A DNA stretch of 64,000 bases from Bdellovibrionales bacterium GWA1_52_35 (GTDB taxonomy: Bacteria > Bdellovibrionota > UBA1018). The translations under genes were made by a program, and so were the position numbers. Numbering within the stretch: position 1 is the first letter of the stretch; each line of letters starts with the position of its first letter. The notes below the pieces were generated by a model, which saw only the letters and a program-made list of their open reading frames with translations, did no database searches and had not been told where the DNA came from. The stretch is from NCBI GenBank assembly GCA_001769805.1, contig MEPO01000011.1:41623-105622 (forward strand), written 5' to 3'. Shown in pieces: positions 1-10,581 of the stretch.

Positions 1-164
1 CGGCGGAACGTAAGGTTATAGATATAGGCGATTATTACAGCGATTTTTCGCTTATAGCTAAAGAACTGAACTGGGAACCGAAAGTTAATCTGAAATCTGG
101 GCTACATCGAACGATTACCTACTACCAAACACATCGTCGCCATTACTGGGGTGAGACCACATGA
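1..164 (+). CDS. 3' fragment of an upstream gene; C-terminus resembles NAD-dependent sugar epimerase/dehydratase family
   Basis: In-frame tail ...ELNWEPKVNLKSGLHRTITYYQTHRRHYW... ends in TGA at 162-164 and overlaps the ATG of the next gene (ATGA). The NWEPK..L..GL..T..W pattern is typical of GalE/RfbB-like C-termini. The window start truncates the gene. Confidence 0.4.
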   Translation, partial: AERKVIDIGDYYSDFSLIAKELNWEPKVNLKSGLHRTITYYQTHRRHYWGETT

Positions 165-1258
165 TTCAGATGAACGACTTTAAGTCAGAGCCGCAACAAT
201 TGCGCCAGGCAATGCTCGGCGCTGTACAGCGAGTACTAGAATCCGGCTGGTATGTACTCGGGAATGAAGTTATTGCTTTTGAAAAACAATGGGCCGCCGC
301 CTGTGGTGTTCCTTACGCTATTGGCGTGGGCAATGGAATGGACGCGATCGAGATTTCCTTGCGCGCACTAAAGATTGGACCAGGCGATGAGGTCATAACG
401 ACTCCGATGACCGCGTTTGCAACCGTGCTTGCAATTCTTCGCGCAGGAGCAACCCCCGTATTAGCGGATATAGACTCAGAAACAACCCTGCTGTCGATTG
501 AAAGTGCCGCACGATGCCTTACGTCCAAAACTAAAGCCGTCGTACTGGTGCATCTCTATGGACAGGTTCGCCAGATGGGCGCCTGGGTGGATTTCTGTGA
601 TGCACACAAAATAAACCTGATCGAGGATTGCGCACAAGCACATCTCGCCAGCTGGAAGGGCAAGTATGCCGGAAGTTTCGGAGCCACCGGCGCGTTCAGT
701 TTTTATCCAACAAAGAACCTGGGAGCACCGGGCGATGCCGGGATGATCGTTACCAGCAACGAAGAGGTAGCCAAGCTTGCGGCACGGCTTCGGAACTACG
801 GACAGAGTGTTCGCTATCATCATCCGGAAATCGGTATGAACAGCCGCTTGGACGAAATTCAGGCGGCAATTCTTGGAGAGCGGCTGAAATGGTTGCCAGA
901 ATTTTCAGAACGTCGCCGTCAAATTGTCGAATCCTACAAAAAAGGGATTTTAAATCCAATGGTTCGGTTACCCGCCCCACCGGAAGAACCAAGTGCCCAT
1001 GCATATCATCTTTTCGTACTGACGTGTGAACATCGCCCTGAACTGGAAGCACACTTGCAAAAGAATGGAGTACAATCACTTATTCATTATCCGATTCCCA
1101 TCCACAAGCAAACTTGTTGCGGATATCTAGCGCGGGATCGGCGGGGATTAACTAATAGCGAAAAACACGCGGCAACATGCCTTTCCCTGCCTTGTCATCC
1201 CCAGATGACGTCCAGTGACATTGCGACAGTCATTTCCGCAGTAAATTCATTTTCCTGA
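161..1258 (+). CDS. DegT/DnrJ/EryC1/StrS-family PLP-dependent sugar aminotransferase
   Basis: 365 aa. It has the family-typical N-terminus (..VLESGWYVLGNEV..FE..WA..CGVPYAIGVGNGMDAIE..), the ..SFYPTKNLGA.GDAG.. lysine region and the ..IHYPIPIH.Q.. motif. Confidence 0.85.
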   Translation: MIQMNDFKSEPQQLRQAMLGAVQRVLESGWYVLGNEVIAFEKQWAAACGVPYAIGVGNGMDAIEISLRALKIGPGDEVITTPMTAFATVLAILRAGATPVLADIDSETTLLSIESAARCLTSKTKAVVLVHLYGQVRQMGAWVDFCDAHKINLIEDCAQAHLASWKGKYAGSFGATGAFSFYPTKNLGAPGDAGMIVTSNEEVAKLAARLRNYGQSVRYHHPEIGMNSRLDEIQAAILGERLKWLPEFSERRRQIVESYKKGILNPMVRLPAPPEEPSAHAYHLFVLTCEHRPELEAHLQKNGVQSLIHYPIPIHKQTCCGYLARDRRGLTNSEKHAATCLSLPCHPQMTSSDIATVISAVNSFS

Positions 1259-1274
1259 AGAAACAATCCTTAAC

Positions 1275-2057
1275 TCATTTCTTTGGTCGGAAAAATAACT
1301 GAGATATTTTTCTAAGTGGCTTTAACACAACAGTCCACCACTTTGATTTTAATCCGTTCACTTCCCAGGCTTTCCGGTCATTACGGTTAGCTCTCCAGCG
1401 CGATTTCAACGAAGCCCCGCTTGCACCCCCCGTGCGCATTTTAACGAGCACCTGTGGGATGTATTCGCACCGAATTCGATTTTTAAATATGAATCGAAGC
1501 ATTAATTCATAATCCGCGGCCGTGCCCAAAGCCAAATTGAAAAGACCAAGGCGCTCGTAAACTCTCCGTTTTACAAAAAATGTTGGATGTGGCGGCATCC
1601 ATCCACTCAAGAATTTATCTACGTGTAGCGGACCGGCCCTCCAATACCGCACAACACTATCCTCGTTGGCAGACCTCACATAAACTAAGTCCCCATAACA
1701 GGCCTCGACCTCTTCGTCCGACAGTATTGAGCGCACCCATGTAAGAACACGGTCGTCCGCGTAATAGTCGTCTGAATTCAGAATTCCGATAATATTGCCG
1801 CGTGCAGCGATAATTCCAGAATTCATTGCAGCATAAATTCCTTTTGGTGGTTCAGAAATTATTCGAACCGATTTCGAGGACATTGACTCCACAGCAGTAA
1901 TAGTTCCGTCTGTAGATTGTCCATCAATAATCAAATGTTCCAGATCTGCTATTTTTTGAACAGCCACGCTTCTGATACAATCGCGAATCGTTTTTTCGCC
2001 ATTCTTGACTGCCGTAATGATTGAAATACTTGGACTATGATTCATTTGTATTGCCAT
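1275..2057 (-). CDS. Family 2 glycosyltransferase (soluble, WcaA-like)
   Basis: 260 aa. It has an N-terminal ISIITAVKNGEKTI...LIIDGQSTDGT GT-A fold signature, a DxD-like SDD and no long hydrophobic tail. Confidence 0.75.
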   Translation of the reverse strand: MAIQMNHSPSISIITAVKNGEKTIRDCIRSVAVQKIADLEHLIIDGQSTDGTITAVESMSSKSVRIISEPPKGIYAAMNSGIIAARGNIIGILNSDDYYADDRVLTWVRSILSDEEVEACYGDLVYVRSANEDSVVRYWRAGPLHVDKFLSGWMPPHPTFFVKRRVYERLGLFNLALGTAADYELMLRFIFKNRIRCEYIPQVLVKMRTGGASGASLKSRWRANRNDRKAWEVNGLKSKWWTVVLKPLRKISQLFFRPKK

Positions 2058-2814
2058 GACTATCGGTCAATCTGAAAAAAATCATAGAAATGCTGAGACC
2101 GGCACCGATAATGGCCGCCACTAGCACAAACATGCACAACCTCATGAACGTTGGCGGGGGCGTGACTCGCGGTTTATCGAGCAGGCGGGTAGGATAAGAT
2201 TCATTGGGACTGAGCAGCGCCTTTATCTGGTGCTGTCTGAATTTTAGAATTCCGACGTTCGAAAGCAACTCAACAGAAGCGAGTCTTGAATTCGGCATTC
2301 TCTTTTCTAAATCTGTAACAATTCTGTCAATATCTCGAAGGGCCGCCCTCGTCTCGCTCAGTTGCAAATCTGCCATTATCTTATGTTCCTGGATGATCAG
2401 TTCTGCAGCTCCCGAAAGGAATGCCTCAACCACTTCGCCCGACCGAGCGCGTGCAATCAATTCAATCCTTTCAGCGGGGTGCAGAACAGAAACAAATGAT
2501 TCCTGCAGCAACTGAATATCCTTACGATCTAGCCCTACTTTAAGACCGCTTATTATCCGCTCGCTAAACTCTTTCCTGCCGATCTTTGCCATAACATTAT
2601 GGGGCGAATCAACCGAACGAGAGGCAAAACCCTGCTCGAGTGTACCAGATCGACCGAGCACTAGAACAAGACTTCCAATATACATTGGCCGATATAACAG
2701 CACTGAAACACAACTGAATAATGCAAACACCAGCGCGATTCCAAAAATCCACCTTTTTCTGGAAATAATTGCCAGTACGAAATCACGCAACAAGGGCATC
2801 TCCTTTTTTGTCAA
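2035..2814 (-). CDS. Wzz-like polysaccharide chain-length determinant (short form)
   Basis: 259 aa with one N-terminal TM (IALVFALFSCVSVLLY) and one C-terminal TM (LCMFVLVAAIIGAGLSI). A predicted coiled-coil periplasmic middle lies between them. The gene sits beside wzy/wzx. Confidence 0.5.
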   Translation of the reverse strand: MTKKEMPLLRDFVLAIISRKRWIFGIALVFALFSCVSVLLYRPMYIGSLVLVLGRSGTLEQGFASRSVDSPHNVMAKIGRKEFSERIISGLKVGLDRKDIQLLQESFVSVLHPAERIELIARARSGEVVEAFLSGAAELIIQEHKIMADLQLSETRAALRDIDRIVTDLEKRMPNSRLASVELLSNVGILKFRQHQIKALLSPNESYPTRLLDKPRVTPPPTFMRLCMFVLVAAIIGAGLSISMIFFRLTDSHGNTNES

Positions 2815-4027
2815 TCAAATCGAAATCGGCCGCAAGCGCAACCGTGGCAAAAGAAAAATACCAGAAGTGTGGCGATAAGAACAAGGCGCCAGAAAGCATG
2901 GAATCAATTAGATATTGGAGGTATAGAATGGCAACCCATGCGGACTCGGAATGGCCCCGCACCGACTTAAGTGCCGACCCAACACCAATCGCAATCAATA
3001 TCATCATACAAATTCCGGATATCACACCGCCAGCCAAGAAACTTTCTATCAGAATATTATGAGGATATGTTCTGGAATTTTTTTCTACAAGGGCGCTCCC
3101 CAAGATGGGGGCACCCAGCGCTTGTTCAACTGAATTACGCAAAAGGTCTGACCGAATTGCATTCGAGGCATCCTGAGAAACTCCAGTCACCCGAATTATC
3201 GGCTTATAAATCGTATTCTGGTTTACAACCCACAGTATACCCAAAAGCAACCCACACACCGAAAAGGCCAACCCAATTCGCAAGACGAGTGGTTTACGAT
3301 TCCAGTATATCGATAGCAAAAAAGTGCACAGAACAAAAGCTAGCACGGGACCCTTGGAAGCAGCCATGGCTGTCGTCAACATTCCGCCCAAAAGGAAAGC
3401 AGAAGCAAGAACAAGCCTCCACCAACGCCAACCATCAAAACTGTCGAGAATTAATGTGAACAAAATCAAAAAAAAAGAAACCGACAAGTGACCTAACGAA
3501 ATAGGATTCAACACTTGAGTGGACATCCTACCAATCCACGGACTCTCAGCTTTAATGACAAAAACAATCCACCAGACAGCAACAATTGATATAGCTGAAA
3601 CCAGAAGCGTCATTTTGCGCGCTAAACGCAGCTCTTCAAAGCTAGAATTTATAAATGCCAAGGCAGGAATCCAGGCTACGGCCAGACCGTACATCAAGTA
3701 ATCTGAGGCACTCGGGACCATTGACACCCCTGCTACCCAGCCGTCCCAGATTAAACGCAGCAGAAGAATTGACCAAAAGAACAAAGCTAGGGCAGCAAAC
3801 CCCCGGCACCCGATCACTTGTATGGTCTTGAACCTATGCGTAATCAAGGCGCCTGATATAAGAAGAAACAACAACCTAAAAGTAATTGATATTGGACGAG
3901 AATCTTCAAAATGTAATAAAATACAGAGAGAAGAAAACAGGGGATAACCGGCTATTGCTAACGAATACAACAATGGAGTCAACCACAGGGACACCCCGGC
4001 ACGTCGCTGAATTTTTGCCGTAATCAT
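2783..4027 (-). CDS. wzy: O-antigen polymerase/ligase family membrane protein (Wzy_C-type)
   Basis: 414 aa with at least 10 TM segments. The large periplasmic loop contains ..RTYPHNILIESFLAGG.., matching the Wzy_C H-N-x-x-L-E motif. The gene is adjacent to wzx and wzz. Confidence 0.6.
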   Translation of the reverse strand: MITAKIQRRAGVSLWLTPLLYSLAIAGYPLFSSLCILLHFEDSRPISITFRLLFLLISGALITHRFKTIQVIGCRGFAALALFFWSILLLRLIWDGWVAGVSMVPSASDYLMYGLAVAWIPALAFINSSFEELRLARKMTLLVSAISIVAVWWIVFVIKAESPWIGRMSTQVLNPISLGHLSVSFFLILFTLILDSFDGWRWWRLVLASAFLLGGMLTTAMAASKGPVLAFVLCTFLLSIYWNRKPLVLRIGLAFSVCGLLLGILWVVNQNTIYKPIIRVTGVSQDASNAIRSDLLRNSVEQALGAPILGSALVEKNSRTYPHNILIESFLAGGVISGICMMILIAIGVGSALKSVRGHSESAWVAILYLQYLIDSMLSGALFLSPHFWYFSFATVALAADFDLIDKKGDALVA

Positions 4028-4158
4028 AAGACCCCGCTATAGCTGTGGCCGACTCGCATTTCAATTACCGCTAAGCAAGTGACTTGCAAAATCCCAGTCT
4101 TCCCCGCAATTTAAGGTTGATATCCGTTCAATTTCAGCTTAAAGGCAAATAAACACGA

Positions 4159-5487
4159 ATGCCTACTAAGTTCAACGCTATCTTTCAAGCACTCGGTAAA
4201 TTGTTACCACAAAGTGCTTTCGCTAAAAGCGTATCCATCATAGCCGGAAGCACCACCCTTTCCCAAATAATCGCATTCGCAGCCGCCCCCGCACTCACGC
4301 GACTGTATACGCCCAACGATTTCGGCCTTTTCCAGGCGTATTTATCGATTATCGTGTTCGGAACTGTTACGGCATCCTTCCGTTATGAACTAGCGATTTT
4401 TATACCTGAAAAGGACCGCGACGCCATTCAGCTCCTCGCTCTCTCGATTGGACTCACAATTCTGTCTTCGTCTTTATTTTTCGTTTTTCTTCGATTTCTT
4501 CAATGGGCATCTCTCATACCCGAAAAATATCAACCGTTAGCGTCATATTTTTGGATCGGCGCGCTTGCCGTGTGCGGGTTTGGAATATTCCAGGCACTCA
4601 ATAACTGGGCCTTGAGGAAAAAGGCATTCTCAGTCGTGGCAACTACTAAAATATATCAAACGATCAGCATGTTAGCTGTACAGCTGGTGGCCGGTTTTTA
4701 TGGCAAACCAACAGTCTCTTACCTGCTTGCTGGTGATTTAATTGGACGCATTACCAGCGTGTTTTCGCTTTTACGCACACACCGTAAAGAAAGCAGATCC
4801 CTAATCTCTGAAGTGAACGCTCAAGCAGTCCTTTGTCAAAGCCGACGGTATTTTAAATTTCCACTCGTCTCCACTCCATCAGCGCTCCTGAACGCGGCCG
4901 GAATATACCTCCCGATGCTGCTTTTGGGTGAATATTTCGGGTCATCAACCCTGGGTCATTTTGCTCTCGTAGAGCGCGTAATGGGGGCCCCCACAATATT
5001 AATAGGAGGCGCCATCGCTCAGGTTTATATGGAAAAAGTTGCACGCCTCGGAAAAGACAACCCCAAAGAGCTTCATCGCCTTTTTCTATCCACATGCTGG
5101 AAACTTCTAAAGCTCGGGATAATCCCCTATACGCTTGCGGCAATACTGGGTCCGTGGTTTTTTCGGACCGTCTTTGGTGCGCCGTGGAGTGAGTCTGGGC
5201 AATTCGCAATGATTCTGGCTCCGGCCTATTTAGTCGCTTTTGTTCTCTGGCCGTTGCTTTCGACGCTATCAATCCTGGAACACCAGTCTTGGCAGCTCGC
5301 ATGGGACATTTCGCGAATGGTTTTTACGTTAGGTGGGTTATGGATATGTCATCGGCTGAACGTAAAACCTACAATAGCGATTTTCATCTATGGAATGACT
5401 CTGAGCCTTTTTTATATGGTTCACGCACTCCTGTCTCAAGTGGCAATTAGGAAACGAATGCTCCTCTTCCTGGCAGCAAATAATTAA
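4159..5487 (+). CDS. wzx: Wzx-type oligosaccharide flippase (polysaccharide biosynthesis protein, MOP superfamily)
   Basis: 442 aa and about 12 TM segments. The N-terminal ..GKLLPQSAFAKSVSIIAGSTTLSQIIAFAAAPALTRLYTP..FG.. is typical of O-unit flippases. Confidence 0.75.
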   Translation: MPTKFNAIFQALGKLLPQSAFAKSVSIIAGSTTLSQIIAFAAAPALTRLYTPNDFGLFQAYLSIIVFGTVTASFRYELAIFIPEKDRDAIQLLALSIGLTILSSSLFFVFLRFLQWASLIPEKYQPLASYFWIGALAVCGFGIFQALNNWALRKKAFSVVATTKIYQTISMLAVQLVAGFYGKPTVSYLLAGDLIGRITSVFSLLRTHRKESRSLISEVNAQAVLCQSRRYFKFPLVSTPSALLNAAGIYLPMLLLGEYFGSSTLGHFALVERVMGAPTILIGGAIAQVYMEKVARLGKDNPKELHRLFLSTCWKLLKLGIIPYTLAAILGPWFFRTVFGAPWSESGQFAMILAPAYLVAFVLWPLLSTLSILEHQSWQLAWDISRMVFTLGGLWICHRLNVKPTIAIFIYGMTLSLFYMVHALLSQVAIRKRMLLFLAANN

Positions 5488-5616
5488 TTATTCGTATTAA
5501 GGCATATTTATTCAGCCCATTTCAAGAACACGACCGAGCGGTGAATAACTTCTTGTATAGTTAGACCTTTTACAGTATTTCGTTCCGTATATTCCCGAAC
5601 TTTAATTGGTGATGAC

Positions 5617-6579
5617 GTGGATCAACTTGCCCCAAATAACCGAACCCTCTCCATTGTCGTTCCCCTCTATAACGAGGAAGAAACCCTAGCCTATACTCAT
5701 CAGCGCCTTGCTCGGCTGTGCCTGAGTGAAAAACTGTCTGATATTTGTAAAATTGAAATCATCTATGTCGATGATGGTAGTGAGGATTCCTCCCCGGAGA
5801 TCCTGAAAGCAATTATAAATAGCAACACACCCGCGCTGGAGGCTCGGCATATCCGTTTTTCGAGGAATTTTGGACATTCTGCCGCCGTATTTGCCGGTTT
5901 AGAATTCGCAAAAGGAGATGTCATTGCGATTATTGATGCGGATTTGCAGGATCCACCGGAACTCATCCCACTCATGTATGAGCAGTTATGCAAGGGCGCT
6001 GATGTTATTTATGGCCAGCGGATAACCCGCGAGAGCGAGACACCGATCAAGCGGCTTACAGCATGGCTATTTTACAGAGTATTAGCTCTACTAACGGGCG
6101 TTAACATACCAAAAGATACTGGCGATTTTCGGATTATGGTTCGCGAAGTGGCGGAAGCGGTTCTCTCCTGTAAAGAGCATGAGCCATTTCTGCGCGGGCT
6201 GGTTGCCTGGGTAGGCTATCGTCAACGAGCATTCCAATACACTCGCGAAGGGCGCAAATATGGAACTACTAAATACCCATTTAAGAAGATGTTCCGCTTT
6301 GCTGCATTGGCCTTGGTAAGCTTTAGCTCTTTACCACTACGACTCGCACTTTACACAGGAGCGTTAGGATTAATTTTAAGTCTGGTATTTTTCCTTTGGG
6401 CGATTTTTGAGAGAGTTCACGGGCAGACGGTGCCAGGCTGGGCGTCTCTCTTTGTAGCGTTTACCTTTGGTCATTCGATGACATTGATGTTGGTCGGAAT
6501 AGTTGGAATCTACATTGGTCGACTCCATACTGAAACACAGGGACGGCCACGGTACATTGTGCGCCGAAGCCGCGGATAA
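5617..6579 (+). CDS. GtrB/ArnC-like polyprenyl-phosphate hexose synthase (GT2 with C-terminal TM pair)
   Basis: Has LSIVVPLYNEEETL, YVDDGSEDSS and IIDADLQDPPELI, matching the ArnC/GtrB DADLQ.PPE motif. Two C-terminal TM helices are present (ALVSFSSLPL..., LMLVGIVGIYIG). Confidence 0.8.
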   Translation: MDQLAPNNRTLSIVVPLYNEEETLAYTHQRLARLCLSEKLSDICKIEIIYVDDGSEDSSPEILKAIINSNTPALEARHIRFSRNFGHSAAVFAGLEFAKGDVIAIIDADLQDPPELIPLMYEQLCKGADVIYGQRITRESETPIKRLTAWLFYRVLALLTGVNIPKDTGDFRIMVREVAEAVLSCKEHEPFLRGLVAWVGYRQRAFQYTREGRKYGTTKYPFKKMFRFAALALVSFSSLPLRLALYTGALGLILSLVFFLWAIFERVHGQTVPGWASLFVAFTFGHSMTLMLVGIVGIYIGRLHTETQGRPRYIVRRSRG

Positions 6580-6613
6580 AGCATTCCCTCATTAAGGCAC
6601 TTGGAGGTGTTTT

Positions 6614-7369
6614 TTGAACAAGATTAAAGCTGAACCGACCGGGCTTCACGAGAGACTTTCTGAATTCGACGAGTATGCCGGTGATTACAATGCCGGAATG
6701 GAAAACCCGATCAAGCGACTCTTGGGCTCATCGGCGGACGACTACATTGACGTAAAGGCGAAATGGCTGATCAGGTATCTTGAAAAAGACAACAGAGGCC
6801 TGCCCGACAAACCGATGCGTATGCTCGATTTTGGTTGCGGACTTGGCGTATTGTTGCGCGCAGTACACCGACGCGGCTTTAAAGGTTCTTTGCATGGCTG
6901 CGATGTCTCGGAGCAGATGTTACAGCGCGCCGAAAAAATGGTGGGCTCCATAGCTGATTTTACCTTGATCAGCGAAAACGAGGTGCCGTTTCAGGATGAT
7001 ACTTTTGATGTCGTAGTTGCTAGTTCTGTTCTTCACCACATTCCCTCTGCCGACCGGGATAGATATTATAAAGAACTTATTCGCATCTTAGCGCCTGGGG
7101 GCGCCTTGGTAGTTTTTGAGCATAATCCCAGAAACCCCCTTGTTCGATGGGTAGTAAGTCGAACACCCATTGATAAGAACGCAGTTTTACTGGATTCATC
7201 CGAAGTACAACAGGCGTTTAAACACTTTCAAATGCTCAACGTGGACTGCCAATATATTTTATTCATGCCTCCGAGATTCAAGTGTATGCAGTCATTAGAG
7301 CGCCATCTAATACAAGTTCCTCTTGGTGGGCAATATGCCGTTTCTGGCTTGAAGCCTCCGATACGATAG
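6614..7369 (+). CDS. Class I SAM-dependent methyltransferase
   Basis: TTG start 6 nt after a GGAGGTG RBS. Motif I is MLDFGCGLGVLL. The acidic post-I CDVSE and motif IV-like LAPGGALVV are present. Confidence 0.75.
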   Translation: MNKIKAEPTGLHERLSEFDEYAGDYNAGMENPIKRLLGSSADDYIDVKAKWLIRYLEKDNRGLPDKPMRMLDFGCGLGVLLRAVHRRGFKGSLHGCDVSEQMLQRAEKMVGSIADFTLISENEVPFQDDTFDVVVASSVLHHIPSADRDRYYKELIRILAPGGALVVFEHNPRNPLVRWVVSRTPIDKNAVLLDSSEVQQAFKHFQMLNVDCQYILFMPPRFKCMQSLERHLIQVPLGGQYAVSGLKPPIR

Positions 7370-7377
7370 GTTCATAT

Positions 7378-8952
7378 ATGGAATTCAAAAAATGGCATTA
7401 CCTTTGGATTCTCGCACTATCGCTAACTGTTACCGTCTACTGTTTTGGCCCCAATATGAATGCAAGATGGTGGGGCGTAGATGACCACGAGATTATGGAC
7501 TTCTTGGGGCCAGCGCAAACAGTTAAGATCCGCGACATTCCCCAATTGTTAGTCACTAAAACAGAGGTCGGACAACCGGGATCCAACCTTAGGTATCGTC
7601 CATCATATTATATTATCAAGCTGCTGCAGGCGTCGTTTTTTGGTCTAGAACCCCAGCTGTGGTACGCATACAACCTGATCGTTTCATTTACGTTCTTCAC
7701 CGTTATTTTCTATTTGCTGATGGCTTGGATCGGCCCCGCCCTGGGGACGCTCTGCTGGATATGGATCGTGAGTCCGTATTATTGGTCAGACATATTTTCA
7801 CGTCTTGGTCCGGGAGAAATTCATGCGGCGCTTGGGGCCGCTCTCTTTTCATTCGGCTTTTATCACAGCTGGAATAGCACTAAACATAATATTAAAGTTG
7901 ATGTTGTTTGGCTTTTGACTGTCACAGGTGCCATTGTTGCTGCCGGTTCCAAAGAAAATTTCGTCCTTTTGCTTATCCCATTATTGCTGCTCCTTTATCG
8001 CACCCGGAAGAAAAAGCTCTTAACACCGCTCCGACTCATATCCCTGGGAGCTGCGATCATGTACATCGTCGGCATTGCATCTGTAGTTGTTATGGCATTG
8101 GTTCGTGCAAAGCATGACTTTTATGCAAATGCCGTGGGACCCGGAGATCGGTTATATTTACTCTTACACTATTTTACAAATTTGACGGAACACGCATTTT
8201 TAGTTTGCCTGACCTTAACCTTCAGCTTGGCGGCCTATGCTACCGGCTTTTTTTCAGAAAAATTTTACATTAGGCCGGAATTATCAAGACTCCGTCAGAT
8301 CTTCGGCCCGATTTTTGTGTTTCAATGCGTACTGCTTTCCATCTCTTTATCCCAATATGTATTCTATAATGGAAGCTGGCCCACTCAGATGCGATATGAC
8401 TTCCCGGGGGGAATGCTGCCAGCTCTTGGAGTTTTTGCAATTTTCCGGGGAACTGTAATTTTTTTCGAGGCCTCGAAAAGACATTGGAAATATTTGGCAC
8501 ATTTTGCCGCCGCTATATTGACACTCGCCGTCATCGCAAAGGAAAAACCCCAGAGGCTTCGGCTGGCAGCCCTAGAGAACGTTCAACGCACTTCAGTTTT
8601 TACCAAGTCAATCGAATCTATTCGCGATAAGATCAGCGGTAGGTTTGGAGTTCCGCTCGTGTTCTCTTCTCATTCTGTATGGGATTATGAGCTTACTTTC
8701 TCTATTCAAAGATTTTTAAATGTATATGGTGTAAGCAATCCAATGGCCTTAGAATTAGTTAAATATAAACCGGACACATTCCCAACTGGTTCCCTAGAAA
8801 GAAGCTTGAGCCAGCGATTAAAGGGGATTTCTGAAGTCGGCGGTTCTGGGTTTATTTCTAGCAAAACTGCAAAAAGCTCCGCTCCTTGCTTCGGTGTTGG
8901 CCTTAGTGGTCCTGCCGGTAAGGCTTGCGAAGATCTAGGACGGGCTTGGTAA
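7378..8952 (+). CDS. Large polytopic membrane protein (candidate GT-C-fold glycosyltransferase)
   Basis: About 525 aa from the internal ATG at 7378; the track ORF at 7282 overlaps the preceding methyltransferase. It has at least 11 hydrophobic segments and an extracytoplasmic loop with DHEIMDF near the first TM. It follows a GtrB-like GT2 and a methyltransferase. Confidence 0.5.
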   Translation: MEFKKWHYLWILALSLTVTVYCFGPNMNARWWGVDDHEIMDFLGPAQTVKIRDIPQLLVTKTEVGQPGSNLRYRPSYYIIKLLQASFFGLEPQLWYAYNLIVSFTFFTVIFYLLMAWIGPALGTLCWIWIVSPYYWSDIFSRLGPGEIHAALGAALFSFGFYHSWNSTKHNIKVDVVWLLTVTGAIVAAGSKENFVLLLIPLLLLLYRTRKKKLLTPLRLISLGAAIMYIVGIASVVVMALVRAKHDFYANAVGPGDRLYLLLHYFTNLTEHAFLVCLTLTFSLAAYATGFFSEKFYIRPELSRLRQIFGPIFVFQCVLLSISLSQYVFYNGSWPTQMRYDFPGGMLPALGVFAIFRGTVIFFEASKRHWKYLAHFAAAILTLAVIAKEKPQRLRLAALENVQRTSVFTKSIESIRDKISGRFGVPLVFSSHSVWDYELTFSIQRFLNVYGVSNPMALELVKYKPDTFPTGSLERSLSQRLKGISEVGGSGFISSKTAKSSAPCFGVGLSGPAGKACEDLGRAW

Positions 8953-8953
8953 A

Positions 8954-9886
8954 ATGATGAATACTACGGACTTGAACATTGCTGTCTTGATTCCCTGTTA
9001 CAACGAAGATCCCACGATTGAGGGCGTAATCACTGATTTTAGAAAGCATTTACCGAACGCTTTAATTTATGTTTTTGACAACAACTCTAAGGACAAAACG
9101 GCCGAAGTGGCGCAACGCGCCGGGGCAAACGTTATCCAATCTAAACAGCAAGGAAAGGGCCATGTCGTTCGCCATATGTTCGATTTGGTTGAAGCTGATT
9201 ATTACGTAATGGCTGACGGAGATTCCACCTATCCAGCCGACGCTGCCCCAGGGCTGATCAAGCTGGCGGTCGACTCTGGTGCCGATATGATTGTTGGCCA
9301 AAGACTTGAGCAGCACACCTTGGCCTCATTTAGGCGCTTTCATAAATTTGGGAATCATCTGATCAGTAAGATTATTAGACTACTATTCCAAGTGTCTGTA
9401 ACCGATGTTCTGTCCGGTTATCGGGTACTGTCACGACGGTTCGTCAAGAGTGTACCCCTTATTTCAAAGGGCTTTGAGGTCGAGACAGAGCTAACTTTGC
9501 AGGCGGCAATCAAGCGCTTTTTAATTCTTGAAACTCCGGTTCGCTACAAAGATCGGCCAGCAGGTAGCGTTTCAAAGCTCAACACTTTCAGCGATGGTAT
9601 TTTGATATTTAGAACGATTTTCTTCATTTTTAGGTATTACAGGCCATTTATATTTTTTGGATTTTGTAGCGCCTTATTGGCGCTAATATCGGTTGTTTTA
9701 GGCACCCCCGCGATTTTGGACTATATTAACAAGCAGTATGTATATCATCTGCCAAGTGCGGTACTAGCTGCCGCATTTGGTATTCTGTCGGTTTTGATGT
9801 TTTGCGTAGGCATGGTTCTCGAAACCGTTCACCGATATCATCAGGAGACTTTTTTATTGTGGAAGAGACTTCTCAATCTAAAATAA
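8954..9886 (+). CDS. Membrane-anchored family 2 glycosyltransferase (DPM1/GtrB-like)
   Basis: Has AVLIPCYNEDPTI, FDNNSKDKT and MADGDSTYP (DxD region). Two C-terminal TM helices are present (FIFFGFCSALLALISVVLG, VLAAAFGILSVLMFCVGMVL). Confidence 0.75.
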   Translation: MMNTTDLNIAVLIPCYNEDPTIEGVITDFRKHLPNALIYVFDNNSKDKTAEVAQRAGANVIQSKQQGKGHVVRHMFDLVEADYYVMADGDSTYPADAAPGLIKLAVDSGADMIVGQRLEQHTLASFRRFHKFGNHLISKIIRLLFQVSVTDVLSGYRVLSRRFVKSVPLISKGFEVETELTLQAAIKRFLILETPVRYKDRPAGSVSKLNTFSDGILIFRTIFFIFRYYRPFIFFGFCSALLALISVVLGTPAILDYINKQYVYHLPSAVLAAAFGILSVLMFCVGMVLETVHRYHQETFLLWKRLLNLK

Positions 9887-9921
9887 ATACTGCTTATAGC
9901 GGCGTAGATAATCTTGAAACC

Positions 9922-10581
9922 ATGAAATATGCCGTTAATTACAACGCGTATTTGTTAAGAAATATTTTCAGCGGCTGCGACAGCGCTGATTACGTATGCC
10001 TTGACTTCGGAGCTGGAAATGGTTTTTTTGCAAATGAGGTGCGCAAATCAGGTAAACGCCTTGTCTGTGTGGAAAAAGACGACACACTTCGGCAAGAACT
10101 CAGGGAGTCCTCCTTTGAAGTAAAAATGAGTCTCCAAGAAGTAGGGACAGAGGAAGTAGACTATGTCTATTCCTTAAACGTGTTGGAGCATATTGAAGAT
10201 GATTCACACATATTAGCTGAACTGTTTAGAGTCTTAAAACATGGGAAGCGCGCATTTATATATGTCCCTGCAATGACGATGCTTTATTCATCAATGGATC
10301 GCAAAGTCGGGCACATTCGTCGATATAGTCGTGACGAGCTTATAAGAAAGGTGAAGTCAGCTGGATTTCGCCTTGAGCACTGTACTTACTGCGACACCGT
10401 CGGTTTTGTGTCCACCTTGGTTTATAAATTCCTTGGTAACACGGATGGAAGCATTAATAGACGAACGGTGGTATTTTTTGATAGAGTATTGTTTCCGCTC
10501 AATAGATTCTTAGATTGGGTATTTGGAAATTGGCTTGGAAAAAATATTATTGTATTAGCACGAAAAGACGCCCCACTCTAA
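9922..10581 (+). CDS. Class I SAM-dependent methyltransferase
   Basis: The true start is taken as the ATG at 9922, after the stop of the upstream GT2; the track ORF at 9802 overlaps that gene. Has motif I VCLDFGAGNGFFA, then LVCVEKD and LKHGKRAFIYVP. Confidence 0.7.
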   Translation: MKYAVNYNAYLLRNIFSGCDSADYVCLDFGAGNGFFANEVRKSGKRLVCVEKDDTLRQELRESSFEVKMSLQEVGTEEVDYVYSLNVLEHIEDDSHILAELFRVLKHGKRAFIYVPAMTMLYSSMDRKVGHIRRYSRDELIRKVKSAGFRLEHCTYCDTVGFVSTLVYKFLGNTDGSINRRTVVFFDRVLFPLNRFLDWVFGNWLGKNIIVLARKDAPL